The translations under genes were made by a program, and so were the position numbers. Source: Phoronis australis (lineage: Eukaryota; Animalia; Phoronida). Taken from it: a stretch of DNA of 64,000 nt. This document shows, piece by piece, positions 63,422 through 64,000 of the stretch; position 1 is the stretch's first letter, and each line of letters starts with the position of its first letter. The stretch lies in assembly GCA_002633005.1 (NCBI GenBank), contig NMRA01000451.1:290892-354891 (forward strand). The letters are read 5' to 3'. The notes below the pieces were generated by a model that ran no database searches, was not told where the DNA came from, and saw nothing but the letters and a program-made list of their open reading frames with translations.

Positions 63422-64000
63422 CTGTTGGTAAACAATGAAAAACTTGGAAAACATTAAGTGTGATGTTGCTTATGACTGAATACATGAGCAAATATTTAAG
63501 AATTTCACAACAAATCTATTTTAAAGAAACAAATTTTACAAAAATTCTAAGTTGATTTCTCTCTTACATATCACATGCCCGTAGATTCAAAACTTAAAAG
63601 GCTCGTCAAAAATAACCAATGAAAGCGATATTTCGAGAGTGACTAATCAGCATATTCCCACAAACTAACTATGGGTATTGCTATAATGCACAGGACAGTT
63701 AGCATTTAGCAATGGTTGTTTTTGATAAGAAAATAGTTCGTGGCCACTTCAGCTTCACAATCACTCAATTATGTCATTGTCTGCACCTCTTACTTCACGT
63801 GCTATTTACAAGACCTAGCCTCTATGTCCAGACTAGCATTAGCAGCTACCTCTGTGAGACCAGTTTCACTATACCTGACAGTTGGGGTCAATTTCCAGTG
63901 CTTTATGGTAGGCGTCCTGCGCCTTGGCAGTGTCTTTCATGGCTACTAGGCAGTTAGCTTTACGCAGGTAACCCTTGACTGGAACAAAAATGCATAAGAG

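Overview
Eukaryotic (metazoan, probably marine invertebrate; species not identifiable from the sequence) genomic DNA with spliceosomal introns, many interspersed repeats and two assembly gaps. Three protein-coding genes were rebuilt by hand from GT-AG sites with consistent phases. (1) DNAJC4-like J-domain co-chaperone, + strand, 7 coding exons, 13378-19624, about 249 aa. (2) SMOC/Pentagone-like secreted protein, - strand, 13 proposed exons, 52909-26999, about 589 aa, with architecture signal peptide-Kazal-TY-EC-linker-TY-EC. (3) The last two exons of STIP1/HOP, - strand, 63421-62998. Most ORF-track entries are spurious. Main points of interest: DNAJC4-STIP1 linkage that also exists at human 11q13; a SMOC thyroglobulin domain missing one disulfide pair next to a CxxC micro-exon; a CAG-terminal MITE family with 5-bp TSDs plus a decayed THAP-hAT element with the same termini; an 86-bp tandem repeat built on a tRNA-like segment; and a Helentron-like tandem array with about 11 co-oriented CTCF-like motifs between SMOC and STIP1. 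There are no CRISPR arrays or prokaryotic systems, and no wholly new protein system could be supported.
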